A stretch of DNA of 63,996 nucleotides, filler included, from Octopus bimaculoides (GCF_001194135.2; 6 parts of 6 records of this genome joined end to end with filler, not necessarily neighbours in it), one strand, 5' to 3'. Numbered from the whole stretch's first letter, positions 50,043 to 63,589 are shown. A program made the numbers and translations. Notes: generated by a model from the sequence alone, not told the origin.

Positions 50043-50684
50043 CTGAAATGAAAAAAAACAAAATGTTGGATTACAATTATATTATTACTGAACATAAAAA
50101 CATGAGATTTATCACAGGTATTTGGGTCCAAAAAGACCTCAAGTTCTTCCCTTAACATACCCAAATAACATGTCCAAATAGACTTTAAGTACACATAATG
50201 ATATTGTTTTATGGTTGACATAATGTTTAGAGTAAAATTTAATAAAATTATCAGTAAATAATAAAAATATAACAGTGAAAAATATTTTGTATTTAACCAA
50301 CAAACTTTACTCAGAAACTGGGATGGATTCTGTTACAGGAGGCATCCCAGTTACTGATTCAGGAGCATCAGCTCAGACTGGTTGTGTTGCTTGGTTTTCT
50401 AATTTAGGCCCTGCTTACCATATTCTCTTTACTGAGAATCTAGCTGGGTTGACAGCTCATGTTGGTCGAGCACATGACACATGGTCATGAGAGATGAGGT
50501 TTCTCATGGAGGTGGGGGCTGAATAGGACTCTGCTTGACCGGTCACCTGGGAGGACCCGGGAATACACTAACGAACTGTGAATGCAGCAATGCACTGCAA
50601 AGGTGCATGCCCCCACATCTGACCTAACTATGTGTACGTAAACCTGTACAAAAAATATGCAGCCTTGCATTGCAGGGATGTAAA

Positions 50685-51497
50685 CACAAGTGATAATCAA
50701 TGCGTTCTAGGTAGCTGGGCATTGGTCACGACAGAGTGTAAGTGCCCCGAGAGAAATGTTGGACATAAAGAAGCATTGGATGTGGCGTGCAAGAGAGACG
50801 TTTGCGCTGGTATGGTCATGTACTATGGATGGATGAGGAGAGCTGTGTGAAGATGTGCCACTCTCAAAGAGCTGAAGGAATCTGGGGTAGGGGTAGACCC
50901 AGGAAGACATGGAATGAGGTGGCGAAGCATGACCTTCAAACATTGGGCCTCACAGGGGCAATGACGAATGACCGGGACCTCTGGAGATATGCTGTGACTG
51001 AGAAGACCTGGCAAATAAAGTGAGTTCACAGCTGAAACCTACACCGGTGTCACATAACCAGCCCATTCAAAAGTACCTTGGATTGTAGGGAAGCCTGCTG
51101 TGCTTGAGGAGACCTATTGAGTCAAGTACAACAACATCAACATCAAAATCAAATAGAATTTGTAGCTGTGATCCCTGTGCCGGTGGCACGTAAAAAGCGC
51201 ACCATCTGAACGTAGCCGATGCCAGTGCTGCCTTGACTGGCTTCTGTGCCGGTGGCACATAAAAATAAAAAACCAATCATGGTTGTTGCCAGCATCCTCT
51301 GGTCCCTGTACTGGTGGCACGTAAAAAGCACCCACTACACTCTTGGAGTGGTTGGCGTTAGGAAGGGCATCCAGCTGTAGAAACACTGCCAGATCAGACT
51401 GGAGCCTGGTGCAGCCTCCTGGCTTCCCAGACCCCAGTCGAACCATCCAACCCATGCCAGCATGGAAAACAGACGTTAAACGATGATGATGATGATG
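50685..51497 (+). mobile_element. RTE LINE 3' end (ORF C-terminus, 3' UTR, GAT tail)
   Basis: QERRLRWYGHVLWMDEESCVK...GRGRPRKTWNEVAKHDL...DRDLWRYAV, the characteristic RTE C-terminus; tail gttaaacgatgatgatgatgat. Confidence 0.9.
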
Positions 51498-51733
51498 ATA
51501 CATTTCCTACACTGTCTTACTTTCATTATATATATAGGGAGAGGGAGAGAGAGAGGGAGAGAGAGAGAGAGAGCGATAGAGAGAAATAGAGAGAGAGATA
51601 GATAGACAGACAGACAGATATTTCCATCTATCTNNNNNNNNNNNNNNNNNNNNNNNNNNNNNNNNNNNNNNNNNNNNTTAATTAATTAANNNNNNNNNNN
51701 NNNNNNNNNNNNNNNNNNNNNNNNNNNNNNNNN

Positions 51734-51765
<32 letters not shown>

Positions 51766-52131
51766 CCATCTTTATATCTTATTTGTTGCAATCATTGGAC
51801 ACCATCCTGAAGCGTGGGCGTATACTGTCAATATTTAACCGAGGTAAATAAAATTAGTGAATTTCAAATATACAACATTTTTTCATTTACCATACTCTAA
51901 ATACACGATTGCTTCAACTACTCAATCTTTCAAACATTGTTAAAAGAGGCAATTTGATGTGTAGCTATAAATAGTTGTAGACTATTAAGAATTAATATAA
52001 AACTATTGGAGTATACAAAGAGTGCAGATGGATAAATGACCACCCAAACATACAACGTACATAAAGATATAAAAAATATATTCAGACTCACGTAGTAGCT
52101 ATGGCAATTTATATAGCAGTTAGATATACAT

Positions 52132-52180
<49 letters not shown>

Positions 52181-52183
<3 letters not shown>

Positions 52184-53308
52184 AGTTGACAAGAAAGTAA
52201 TTTCGTTTTCGCAAATATATAGAATTACGATTCTTTAAATGACTTTTGTCAATGTTATGATTTTTACCTTTTGACATTTGGTAGCCGTTATTTTTAGCTT
52301 ACTTTAGAAGCGTAATTTTGTTTACAGCTCTTAGTACGGTATCAATTTTAATAATGATTGTACAAACGAACATTTTCACCATATTTTGCCTTTTTATTTC
52401 CGTAAAGGTAAGAAAGCTACTGCAGTTCACAAAGAGATATGTGAAGTTTATAGTGTTGATTGCTTAAGAGAACGCAAATGTCAGAAACGGTTTTAAAAAT
52501 TCGATTCTGGAGATTTTTCACTCAATGATGAACAACGTTCTGTTCGACCTACTGAAGTTGATGATGACCGAATCAAAGCCATAATTGAATATGATTGTCA
52601 TATGCAAGCGATTGCAGAGATGTTTAATATATTACACACAACAATTGAAAATCACATAAAATGTCTTGGACCCTTTAAGAAACTCGATATTTGGGTTCCG
52701 CATAAATTGAAATAGAATCACTTAACAAAACGAATCAATATTTGCGATATGTATCTCATACTCAATGAAATCAATATTTTCTTTATTTTTTTTTTTTGAA
52801 ACGAATTAACACTGGTGTTAATATCATCAATCGAAAACGATCATGCTGACATCTTGGTGGGATTACAAAGGTGTTGTGTATTGTGAGTTGTTTCCAAGGA
52901 ACCAAATGATCAATTCAGATGTTTACTGTCAACAACTAATGAAACTGGAGGATGCCAGAATTGACAAATCTAATAGGAATCGTGTTCCACCATGATAACG
53001 CTAGACCACACACGTTTTTGCTAACTCGTGAAAAATTATTGGAGCTTGGTTGGAAAGTGATGTCACATCCATCATATAGTCCTGACATTGTTATATCGGA
53101 TTACCATTTATTTCGAAGATTGCAAAATTCTTTGAATGGTAAAGCTTTCAATAATGATGATGACCTGAAATCGCATCTGCTTCAGTTTTTGGCTGATAAG
53201 GACCAGAAGTTCTATAAGCGCGGAATCATGAAGCTGCCAGAAAGATGGCAAAAATTCATCGAACAAAATATACAATTAAGTTCATTCTTTGTATGAAGAA
53301 AAAATAAC
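52181..53308 (+). pseudogene. Mariner transposase pseudogene, right end replaced by a SINE A tail
   Basis: Left end ta|ttgagttgacaagaaagtaatttcg; ORF 52952-53296 FHHDNARPH...MSHPSYSPDIVISDYHLF...LPERWQKFIEQN. Confidence 0.9.
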
Positions 53309-53889
53309 TCCTGGGGTCAATTTATTCCGGTAAATTTGGTGCTCCAGCATGGCCGCAGTCAAATGACTGAAACAAATAAAAGAATAAAAGAATATATATA
53401 TATATATGCATATATATATATATACATATTCTCAGTGGATCATATAAAAAAGAAGCACAGTCTAAAAGTAAAAACATTAATTTAACTACATTTACGTTAA
53501 ATATGTGTCCGGTCATAGAGTGAGCAATTGTTTCGTATCAGCTTTATAGACACGTCAGGCTCCAATGACCGCGGCATATATTTAACTCCATGTAAATACA
53601 CACACGCACATGCACACACACACACACACACACATGAACAGAGCAGAAAAGAGAAGTGATGTGAAAGAATATATGTTTATTCCATTCGCTTACAGCTGTT
53701 TCGTAATCTTGTTAGTTATATGATAGATATTACATCGACATTCGCACGTATTTATGATATACATATATAAATATATATGCATGTGCACACCTATCTATGT
53801 ACAAATGTGCAGAGAGGTAACTAACAGATTATCTTGCGGAAAGCAAGGTGTTCACACACACACACACACACATCTATATACACACATAC

Positions 53890-53968
<79 letters not shown>

Positions 53969-54297
53969 TGATGTACTCAGTTGATCGATAATTTCTTTAA
54001 TTGATGAAAACTTATAGTAGTCATATTCACGTGCAGCAATACCAATACACAAAATATATAGGGAGACGATATCGGAGCATTATATTCATTTACTGATTCA
54101 GACTTTATTGCATTTCCCTACTGCTTCTTTCTCCGGATTTGTATTAGTCAATGACCATTGTAAACCAACTGTGTACATCTATCGCTTTCGGATATATTAT
54201 GGCTTAGCTTGTTCTCTACAGAAGAGGTGATCTTTTAGACTACCAAGGATCGTTCTGAAGTTTAGACTGTTAGTTTGCCTCTCACCACACTTGTATA

Positions 54298-54517
54298 TTT
54301 GAGTTGGTGCTGGAAAGTTCCTGGCTTTAAGGTTCTCGCGAAAGGCCTGGTTGAAGGCCCGACATTCCCAGATCTTTTATAGAGCTTAGAAAAACGGAAG
54401 AACCGCTGCGATAAGTGTGTGAATCTGAGAGGGAAATATGTTAAATAAAATCATAATTAACTGTTCATCCTGCATTTTCTTCACCCAAACCCAGAATATT
54501 TTCAGTACCTCTTCGTA
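54298..54517. mobile_element. Mariner-derived MITE, diverged
   Basis: Ends gagttggtgctggaaagttcctggcttt ... aaacccagaatattttcagtacctcttcgta; shares its right half with 19176-19290. Confidence 0.65.
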
Positions 54518-55195
54518 TGGATGTACACGTGCATGTGTAATTCATATAATTCATATGTTGGTATCATTTCTATTGTAAAGATAATGAAACAACTGTAAAC
54601 GAATGGAATAAACATATTCCCTGACCTCATTTCTCTTATCTGTTCTATTTATATACATTCTCCACAGCATTGTATCTCCCAGGTTTTAAGATAATATACA
54701 TGTATAAATATATAATATACTTATATATAATATACATATATATAATATACATATATATAATATACATATATACATGAATGTTTGTAGAAATCTCAATATC
54801 AGTCATTATTGTCAGCCATGCATTTGGCGCAGGGCTAACAAGTGAGATCTATTTTATTCTTTGAATCTTTATCATTATTGTGTGTGTGTGTGTATGTGTG
54901 TGAGTGTGTTTGCATTTATATATGTTTTACTATGCATAAACGCACACGCACATATATGCATATACATGAATTATAGATTATCAAGAATGTTTCATATAAG
55001 TATATTTGAATATGATCCAGTGCACATTTAAAAGTATTCTATATATTTATCATATTTATGGAAATTTATACTTTTATTTATATATATATATATAAAATCT
55101 CTGTTGTTACGTGATATAAAATTTGAGATATATATGCGTATACATATACACATACGGACACATAAACATATACATACATATTTATATACACACAC

Positions 55196-55264
<69 letters not shown>

Positions 55265-56545
55265 TAATCCCGCACAGGTGTATACATGAGAGGCAATATG
55301 TATATGTTTTTCTGTGATGTAATCATCATGGATTTCTGCTGGATTTTCTACGTTCGCATCATTTTGGTTCCAGTTCACAGAACATGATAGGGCATCGTAA
55401 CTTCTAGTTCCAAAGAAGTTTTTTTTTTCAAATTATGCATATGCGGGTGTGCATATGAGGAGGAGAATAGCTGTTCTGCGTGCGTGCTTCTGTGGGTATG
55501 CATAAACATATTTATATGCTAGATAGAAATAGGCATGAAAATATATATCTCTACAAATACATACACACTCACACATATATATATATATATAAATATGAAT
55601 ATATATATANNNNNNNNNNNNNNNNNNNNNNNNNNNNNNNNNNNNNNNNNNNNNNNNNNNNNNNNNNNNNNNNNNNNNNNNNNNNNNNNNNNNNNNNNNN
55701 NNNNNNNNNNNNNNNNNNNNNNNNNNNNNNNNNNNNNNNNNNNNNNNNNNNNNNNNNNNNNNNNNNNNNNNNNNNNNNNNNNNNNNNNNNNNNNNNNNNN
55801 NNNNNNNNNNNNNNNNNNNNNNNNNNNNNNNNNNNNNNNNNNNNNNNNNNNNNNNNNNNNNNNNNNNNNNNNNNNNNNNNNNNNNNNNNNNNNNNNNNNN
55901 NNNNNNNNNNNNNNNNNNNNNNNNNNNNNNNNNNNNNNNNNNNNNNNNNNNNNNNNNNNNNNNNNNNNNNNNNNNNNNNNNNNNNNNNNNNNNNNNNNNN
56001 NNNNNNNNNNNNNNNNNNNNNNNNNNNNNNNNNNNNNNNNNNNNNNNNNNNNNNNNNNNNNNNNNNNNNNNNNNNNNNNNNNNNNNNNNNNNNNNNNNNN
56101 NNNNNNNNNNNNNNNNNNNNNNNNNNNNNNNNNNNNNNNNNNNNNNNNNNNNNNNNNNNNNNNNNNNNNNNNNNNNNNNNNNNNNNNNNNNNNNNNNNNN
56201 NNNNNNNNNNNNNNNNNNNNNNNNNNNNNNNNNNNNNNNNNNNNNNNNNNNNNNNNNNNNNNNNNNNNNNNNNNNNNNNNNNNNNNNNNNNNNNNNNNNN
56301 NNNNNNNNNNNNNNNNNNNNNNNNNNNNNNNNNNNNNNNNNNNNNNNNNNNNNNNNNNNNNNNNNNNNNNNNNNNNNNNNNNNNNNNNNNNNNNNNNNNN
56401 NNNNNNNNNNNNNNNNNNNNNNNNNNNNNNNNNNNNNNNNNNNNNNNNNNNNNNNNNNNNNNNNNNNNNNNNNNNNNNNNNNNNNNNNNNNNNNNNNNNN
56501 NNNNNNNNNNNNNNNNNNNNNNNNNNNNNNNNNNNNNNNNNATAT

Positions 56546-56611
<66 letters not shown>

Positions 56612-56958
56612 CGATCTAATTTGGATGGAATGTGTTCAATGAATTCATGCACGGCCTTCTGGCATGTGATATCAGTATTATACATACCGAAGCCGCATCA
56701 GAAACCAGAAACCCTGATATGAATGCGTTTACCAAATTCTTCCAGAATTAAATGAATACATGCATACATACACACAGACACACAGACACACACACAGAGA
56801 CACACATACACACACACACACACGCGCACACACAGCGAGACACACACACAAACACACACACACACGTATATAGTATATATACACACACACATATACATGT
56901 GTACGTATGTATTTTATATATAAATATATATATATATATATATACATACACACGCACA

Positions 56959-57004
<46 letters not shown>

Positions 57005-57539
57005 ATAAGGTGTGTGCATATTTGTCGATTATACGAGAATGCAGCATAACATTGCATGTGATTTGCGAACCGTGAACAATATACACAGTTTAATCGTAAT
57101 ATTATTTTCGTTCCTCAATTTGGGCACATATCCACAAATTTACATTGGACGCTGTATGGGATTGTTTGGAATTTATGAATACCTCTCCGGTATTTCCTGT
57201 TTAGGTGAAGTATTACCATTCCAATCGAAAATCGAAACCTTTTCGTCATCCTCACCACTCCATGCGAAATATCTTTCCTCGTGGTATAGTAGTTACTCAT
57301 TATCATCCCGGCAGCGGGTACTATTCATGTGATTTCTTTTGTACTGATCGTTTATTGTTATCAGGTAATAAATGTCAGAATATGAGTTCTTTCAATCAAG
57401 AAATTGTGTCAAATATATTTTTAATATCAAAACCATTATATATATATATATACGTGTGTCGGTGGTTATTAATATATCTATCTATATATATATATGTATA
57501 TATGTATATATNNNNNNNNNNGTGTGTGTGTGTGTGCAT

Positions 57540-57870
57540 ATATGCAGGAGTGGCTGTGTAGAAAAAAGCTTTCTTCCCAGCCACATGGTTCCGGGTTCAA
57601 TTCCACTGTGTGGCACCTTGATCAAGTGTCTTCTACTATAGTCGCATACCGATCAAACTGGATCTGGTAGACGGAATTTGACAGAGGCCCGTCGTACACG
57701 CACACGCGCGCGTGTCGGTGTGTTTGGGTAACTGTGTTTGTCTCTCCACCATCGCTTGACGACCGATATTGGTGTGATTATGTTCCCGTAATCTAGCTGT
57801 TCGGCCAAAGTATTCCCGGGGTACTCCAGCATGCCCACAGTCAAATGACTGAAACAAGTAAAAGAATAAA
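57540..57870 (+). mobile_element. SINE family A, diverged full length
   Basis: Homology to 3211-3634. Confidence 0.8.
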
Positions 57871-58015
57871 AATACGAGTGTATATATGCACTCGTATAGG
57901 CACAAGTGTGATTGCGGTGTAAGAATTTTGTTTTCCAACTTGACGGTTCAATTTTCATTTCCAGTGTGTGTCTTCTATTGTTGTTTCCGGACGACCAAAG
58001 CTCTCTCTCTCTCTC

Positions 58016-58060
<45 letters not shown>

Positions 58061-58065
58061 GTCTC

Positions 58066-58118
<53 letters not shown>

Positions 58119-59637
58119 NNNNNNNNNNNNNNNNNNNNNNNNNNNNNNNNNNNNNNNNNNNNTTAATTAATTAANNNNNNNNNNNNNNNNNNNNNNNNNN
58201 NNNNNNNNNNNNNNNNNNATAAACGAAACCCCACTTTTTTTTATTTTTCTTTTTTTAACGAGACCTGTAATTTCCTCGAAAGAAACCAACGCGAATTAAC
58301 GATGATGATGGTAGATATGTCAGAGTGGGTTTATCATGAAGATGGTGATGGTGATGATGACGATGGTGGTGGTGGTGGTGGTGGTGGTGGTGGTGATGAT
58401 GATGGAGATAATAATCACGACCGTGGTTAATGATGATTGATCGCGGTTGACGTTGGTGTGAAATGATCCTTTGTCGATGATGAGGGTGATTGACGATGGT
58501 TAATGATCATGACTGATGACTGATGGTTATTGATGAGGATTATGATAGCAAGGAAGGAAGATGATTGCGATGGCGTAGGAAGAGACCTACGGCCACGAAT
58601 GTGAATAGTGGAAAAAAAGACAGTTGACTTCGGCAGGATTTGAACTCAGAACGTAAAAAGCCGAAACGAATATCGCAAGGCATTGTTTCGATGCTCTAAT
58701 GATTTTGTCATTCTACTATCCAAATATCAGTACTAGTGATATCAATACTAACACTAGCCAAATAATACTAATATTAATACTACTAGTAATACAGATGTTC
58801 GAATTGATTTCATATTTGGTATAACTATGTAGTTTTATATGCTAATTAATATCATGAAATTCATTTCCGCCATAAATCAATAAATAAAAGGTTATTAGCT
58901 CTTAAATTTTTGGGTAATTTTAGCCAATCGTAAATCACAGACACAATCCTGTCTGTTTCCAATCGTGCCTGTTTCTCAAGCCAAACATGAGAAATATTTT
59001 GCCTGCGAGATAGATGTGTTGACAAATATATTCTACGTGAAATGTTCCCATCTGTTACTTGTACTTTGGTCGAAAGATGTACTAAAAATAACAGCCAAAT
59101 CGGCCTTAAAATATGCACACACACACCCAACTTTTTTGTTTTTGTTTTTGTATAAACGTATGAATTCCTGAGTCTAGAATACGAATTTGCAAAAATTTTC
59201 TGAAAATTCCAAAAAGTGAAAAAGTTATGGTGGGTTATTTATCGTGCGTAAAGCAAGAAGTTAATTTATTCACAGTTTCATGTTAAAACACGTGTTATTT
59301 TCAGAATGTTGACAACCCGTACTGTCACGCACAAAATGAAAGCTTCCAAATCCTGTTTTCTGACTGGATGAAAATTTTCAAATTTTAAACCTCTATAACT
59401 TTTTTTTTTTAATTTCTGGGAAAAGTTAAATATCTCCTGAGATTCAGCTTGGAAAATTACATTAATACACCAAATTTTTAAATTTTCAATAAACTCTGAA
59501 ATTTCTGCAGCCGTAGCGAAACAACAAAAGATCCAGTAATACAAATACTAATAGTAATAACTGCTTCTCATTTACGCACATAGCCTAAAATTTGGGGAGG
59601 GGACAAGTGGATTACATCAACCCCAGTTCTGTTAAGG

Positions 59638-59928
59638 CAGGGGTTTTCAAACTGTGGTCCCCGGACCACAGGGGGTTCACAAGGACAAGACAGGGGGTCC
59701 GTGGACAGCAAATACTTTTTATGGGCAATTTGGTTTTATATGTCTTTTAATCGAAATCTTTTGACAATAAACCTATTTGTTAAATACTGTTAAATAAATA
59801 AATGTAAAAATATATGTTATTTTAAGCAAATATTCATGTGTAAATTTTATAAGCGTTTATAAGGGGGTCCCTAAGGTAAAGCCTGAAATATAAAGGATTC
59901 CGCAAGTCAAAGAGTTTGAAAACCCCTG
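59638..59928. mobile_element. 291-bp hAT MITE with perfect 16-bp TIRs and perfect 8-bp TSD, nested in a SINE D
   Basis: TIR CAGGGGTTTTCAAACT / AGTTTGAAAACCCCTG; TSD TGTTAAGG at 59630-37 and 59929-36; host SINE D at 59585-60050 is continuous once the insert is removed. Confidence 0.92.
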
Positions 59929-60192
59929 TGTTAAGGTACATTATTTTATCGACCCCGAAATGGTGAAAGGTAAATTTGACCTCAGTGGGATGTGAACACA
60001 GAGGGTATTTTTACCAGAGGAAATGCCGCTAAGCCCTACGTGCTAACAAGTCTGTTATTCAAAAAAATTTGCGGTGAAAGGGTTATTCGATAACGTCAAA
60101 CCTCAGTATTTGACTGGTATTACATTGTATATTTGACAGGAATGGCAACAAAAGAAAGAAAGAGACCTCGATATTATGCAAATAGAGGAATT

Positions 60193-60469
60193 TATCTGTA
60201 AAAATATGTGACACTTATTCAGTAGCCATGATAAAACTCCGAGTTTCGGATGCCAGGGTGGAGGGGTCCACTCCAACATCTCTTCAGTTATCCAGCCACC
60301 AGAGATTCCCTTTGTTTTTAATCTCCCTTTGGGGTTAACGGTCATTTTTCAAAGGAATCTCCGGTGGCTGGATAACTGAAGAGATGCTGGAGTGGACCCC
60401 CTACCCTGGCATCCGAAACTCGGAGTTTTATCATGGCTACTGAATAAGTGTCACATATTTTTACAGATA
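60193..60469. repeat. Foldback element: about 120-bp inverted arms, 37-nt loop
   Basis: 60193-60313 vs 60351-60469, complementary except a few mismatches or indels; ends read ta...ta. Confidence 0.85.
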
Positions 60470-61263
60470 TNNNNNNNNNNNNNNNNNNNNNNNNNNNNNN
60501 NNNNNNNNNNNNNNNNNNNNNNNNNNNNNNNNNNNNNNNNNNNNNNNNNNNNNNNNNNNNNNNNNNNNNNNNNNNNNNNNNNNNNNNNNNNNNNNNNNNN
60601 NNNNNNNNNNNNNNNNNNNNNNNNNNNNNNNNNNNNNNNNNNNNNNNNNNNNNNNNNNNNNNNNNNNNNNNNNNNNNNNNNNNNNNNNNNNNNNNNNNNN
60701 NNNNNNNNNNNNNNNNNNNNNNNNNNNNNNNNNNNNNNNNNNNNNNNNNNNNNNNNNNNNNNNNNNNNNNNNNNNNNNNNNNNNNNNNNNNNNNNNNNNN
60801 NNNNNNNNNNNNNNNNNNNNNNNNNNNNNNNNNNNNNNNNNNNNNNNNNNNNNNNNNNNNNNNNNNNNNNNNNNNNNNNNNNNNNNNNNNNNNNNNNNNN
60901 NNNNNNNNNNNNNNNNNNNNNNNNNNNNNNNNNNNNNNNNNNNNNNNNNNNNNNNNNNNNNNNNNNNNNNNNNNNNNNNNNNNNNNNNNNNNNNNNNNNN
61001 NNNNNNNNNNNNNNNNNNNNNNNNNNNNNNNNNNNNNNNNNNNNNNNNNNNNNNNNNNNNNNNNNNNNNNNNNNNNNNNNNNNNNNNNNNNNNNNNNNNN
61101 NNNNNNNNNNNNNNNNNNNNNNNNNNNNNNNNNNNNNNNNNNNNNNNNNNNNNNNNNNNNNNNNNNNNNNNNNNNNNNNNNNNNNNNNNNNNNNNNNNNN
61201 NNNNNNNNNNNNNNNNNNNNNNNNNNNNNNNNNNNNNNNNNNNNNNNNNNNNNNNNNNNNNNN

Positions 61264-61312
<49 letters not shown>

Positions 61313-62187
61313 CGTGCATCTGTGCTTGTGTCTGTCAGTCTGTATGATTCTGTGTCTGCATGTGTTCCCTGCGTATGTGTGACTTTGTGTGTGTGTGTGT
61401 CTGTGTGTGTATCAGTCTGTACTAGTGTGTATGTGTGTGTGTGTGTGTGTGTGCGTGTTTGTGTGTTTGTGTGTTTGTGAGTCTATATGAACGTTTGTGT
61501 GTACGCGCGTGAATGTATGTTTGTGTGTGCGTGCATTTGTGTATTTATAAGTCTCTCAGTTTATTATATGAGCGCACGTGTCTGTCTGCCTGCCTGTCTG
61601 TCTGTCTGTCTGTTCGTCGCTGTTGCATTTCCATTAGAAATAGCGACAGGTCCCCTTCGCCCCCACCACCACCACCACCACATCTGTCTGTCTGTCTGTC
61701 TTTGGATTCCCTATCTTAAATTTATTTTATCCGTCTGTGGATGTGTGTGGATGTAGGAGCGTGTGTATATGTGTATGCACATGCGTGTGTGTATGTTTGT
61801 GTGCGTTTGTGCATGTCTATGCGTGTGTATGTGCACCTATATCTGTGCATGTGTGTGTCTGTGTGAAGAGCAGGTGTGTGCAAGTGCATATGTGTCTGCG
61901 TGCGTATGCATGTGTGTGCGCGTATGTCTGTCTGTGTATGTATATGTATGCGCATGTGAGTGATTGCGTGCGTGTGCATAAGTGTGTATATGTGTACGTG
62001 TGTTTTTTTTTTGAGAGGGAGTGTGTGCCTGCATGTACATCAATTTGTCAGTGTGTATGTGTGTATGTGTGTGTGCTTCTGTGTGTGNNNNNNNNNNNNN
62101 NNNNNNNNNNNNNNNNNNNNNNNNNNNNNNNTTAATTAATTAANNNNNNNNNNNNNNNNNNNNNNNNNNNNNNNNNNNNNNNNNNNN

Positions 62188-62219
<32 letters not shown>

Positions 62220-62627
62220 GAGTGTGTGTGTGTGTGTATGTGTCTGCGTTACATGTTACCAGTAGCACTCAAATAGCTATGGAATATTATCATTGAAAAT
62301 GGGCGCAGACCAGTCCTGTTTAGGGCAAGTGCAATAAAAAAATATGCCTCCCCGACAAATACTACGACGTTACAAGCACGTTTTGGCTCGCAAATGACTA
62401 CTAGATATACATACCAAATATGAACAATTTAAGAGCACCCCTGAATAACACACATCATTAACACACATCTGTGAGGATTGGTCGGATTGTTATTTTGTTA
62501 ATGACGTCAGAGGGCGTTTCTGAATCTTGCGTTTTGTAAACAGAGAAATAAAATGTACGCCTCGTGAAGACATTGATTTTATCTTTGCTTCCTTAGATTA
62601 TATATCCAAACTTTAGTTTTCATTTAG

Positions 62628-62930
62628 ATTCTAAAAACGACACCAGCTGACGGTATTGAAGTTGGGATGACAAGTAACATGATGGTATGTGGTTTATAAT
62701 TCTTTTGACTTCAAACTGCAACAAAACGAAGTTAGAGATGTGCATATACAATACGTCATGAAGAACAATATATGTGAAGACCATTAATAATTATCTAATG
62801 TTTCGAGAATGATTTAGCTTCTGGTGATGTAAGCTATATTACGTGTTGGAAACCAAATACCACTTGTGAAGCTGTAGCAGCCTGCTTTTGTCAATCTTAT
62901 AAACGAATTCAACAAGGAAGATGCTTAAAG
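62628..62930 (+). CDS. Two candidate short exons of an unidentified gene (62628-62673 or -62684, and 62818 or 62808 to 62930)
   Basis: Acceptor tttttcatttag|ATT, ILKTTPADGIEVGMT; second segment open SGDVSYITCWKPNTTCEAVAACFCQSYKRIQQGRCLK with consensus donor AAG|gtaagt. Two phase-compatible pairings exist; no family recognised. Confidence 0.3.
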
Positions 62931-63589
62931 GTAAGTGTTATCAGGCTTACAGTTATTCAGCTACATTACTANNNNNNNNNNNNNNNNNNNNNNNNNNNNN
63001 NNNNNNNNNNNNNNNNNNNNNNNNNNNNNNNNNNNNNNNNNNNNNNNNNNNNNNNNNNNNNNNNNNNNNNNNNNNNNNNNNNNNNNNNNNNNNNNNNNNN
63101 NNNNNNNNNNNNNNNNNNNNNNNNNNNNNNNNNNNNNNNNNNNNNNNNNNNNNNNNNNNNNNNNNNNNNNNNNNNNNNNNNNNNNNNNNNNNNNNNNNNN
63201 NNNNNNNNNNNNNNNNNNNNNNNNNNNNNNNNNNNNNNNNNNNNNNNNNNNNNNNNNNNNNNNNNNNNNNNNNNNNNNNNNNNNNNNNNNNNNNNNNNNN
63301 NNNNNNNNNNNNNNNNNNNNNNNNNNNNNNNNNNNNNNNNNNTGATGTAGAAAGAGAAAAAAATTTAATTAGTCAAAATTAAACAACTTTATAGCAAGAT
63401 CAATTAATTGTATAATTGACGAAATTCGTGGAGCTATATACAGGATTTGGAAAAAATGATGGAAACCCGTAGCATCATAGCATCATAATTTTGAAATATC
63501 TATAAAAGCATAAAAATTTTGTTTATTTTTATGTTTTTTGATTTATTATTAGTGTTGTTTAATATGTTTTGCTAAAATTGTTGTTTTTT

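Noticed and set aside
50290-50650. Apparent dead exon upstream of the 49851-50042 exon, and plus ORF 50275-50490
   Set aside because: Has good-looking acceptor and donor motifs, but the best minus frame has 5 stops in about 110 codons, close to random expectation; the plus ORF has no recognisable features.
58790-59545. Possible non-autonomous Helitron
   Set aside because: No clear 3' hairpin plus CTRR terminus.
1078-63382. Long ORFs of 150-400 aa in the supplied track
   Set aside because: They run through N gaps (X) or (TA)n/(TG)n/(GA)n microsatellites giving YI, CV, SL or ER repeats; no coding evidence.
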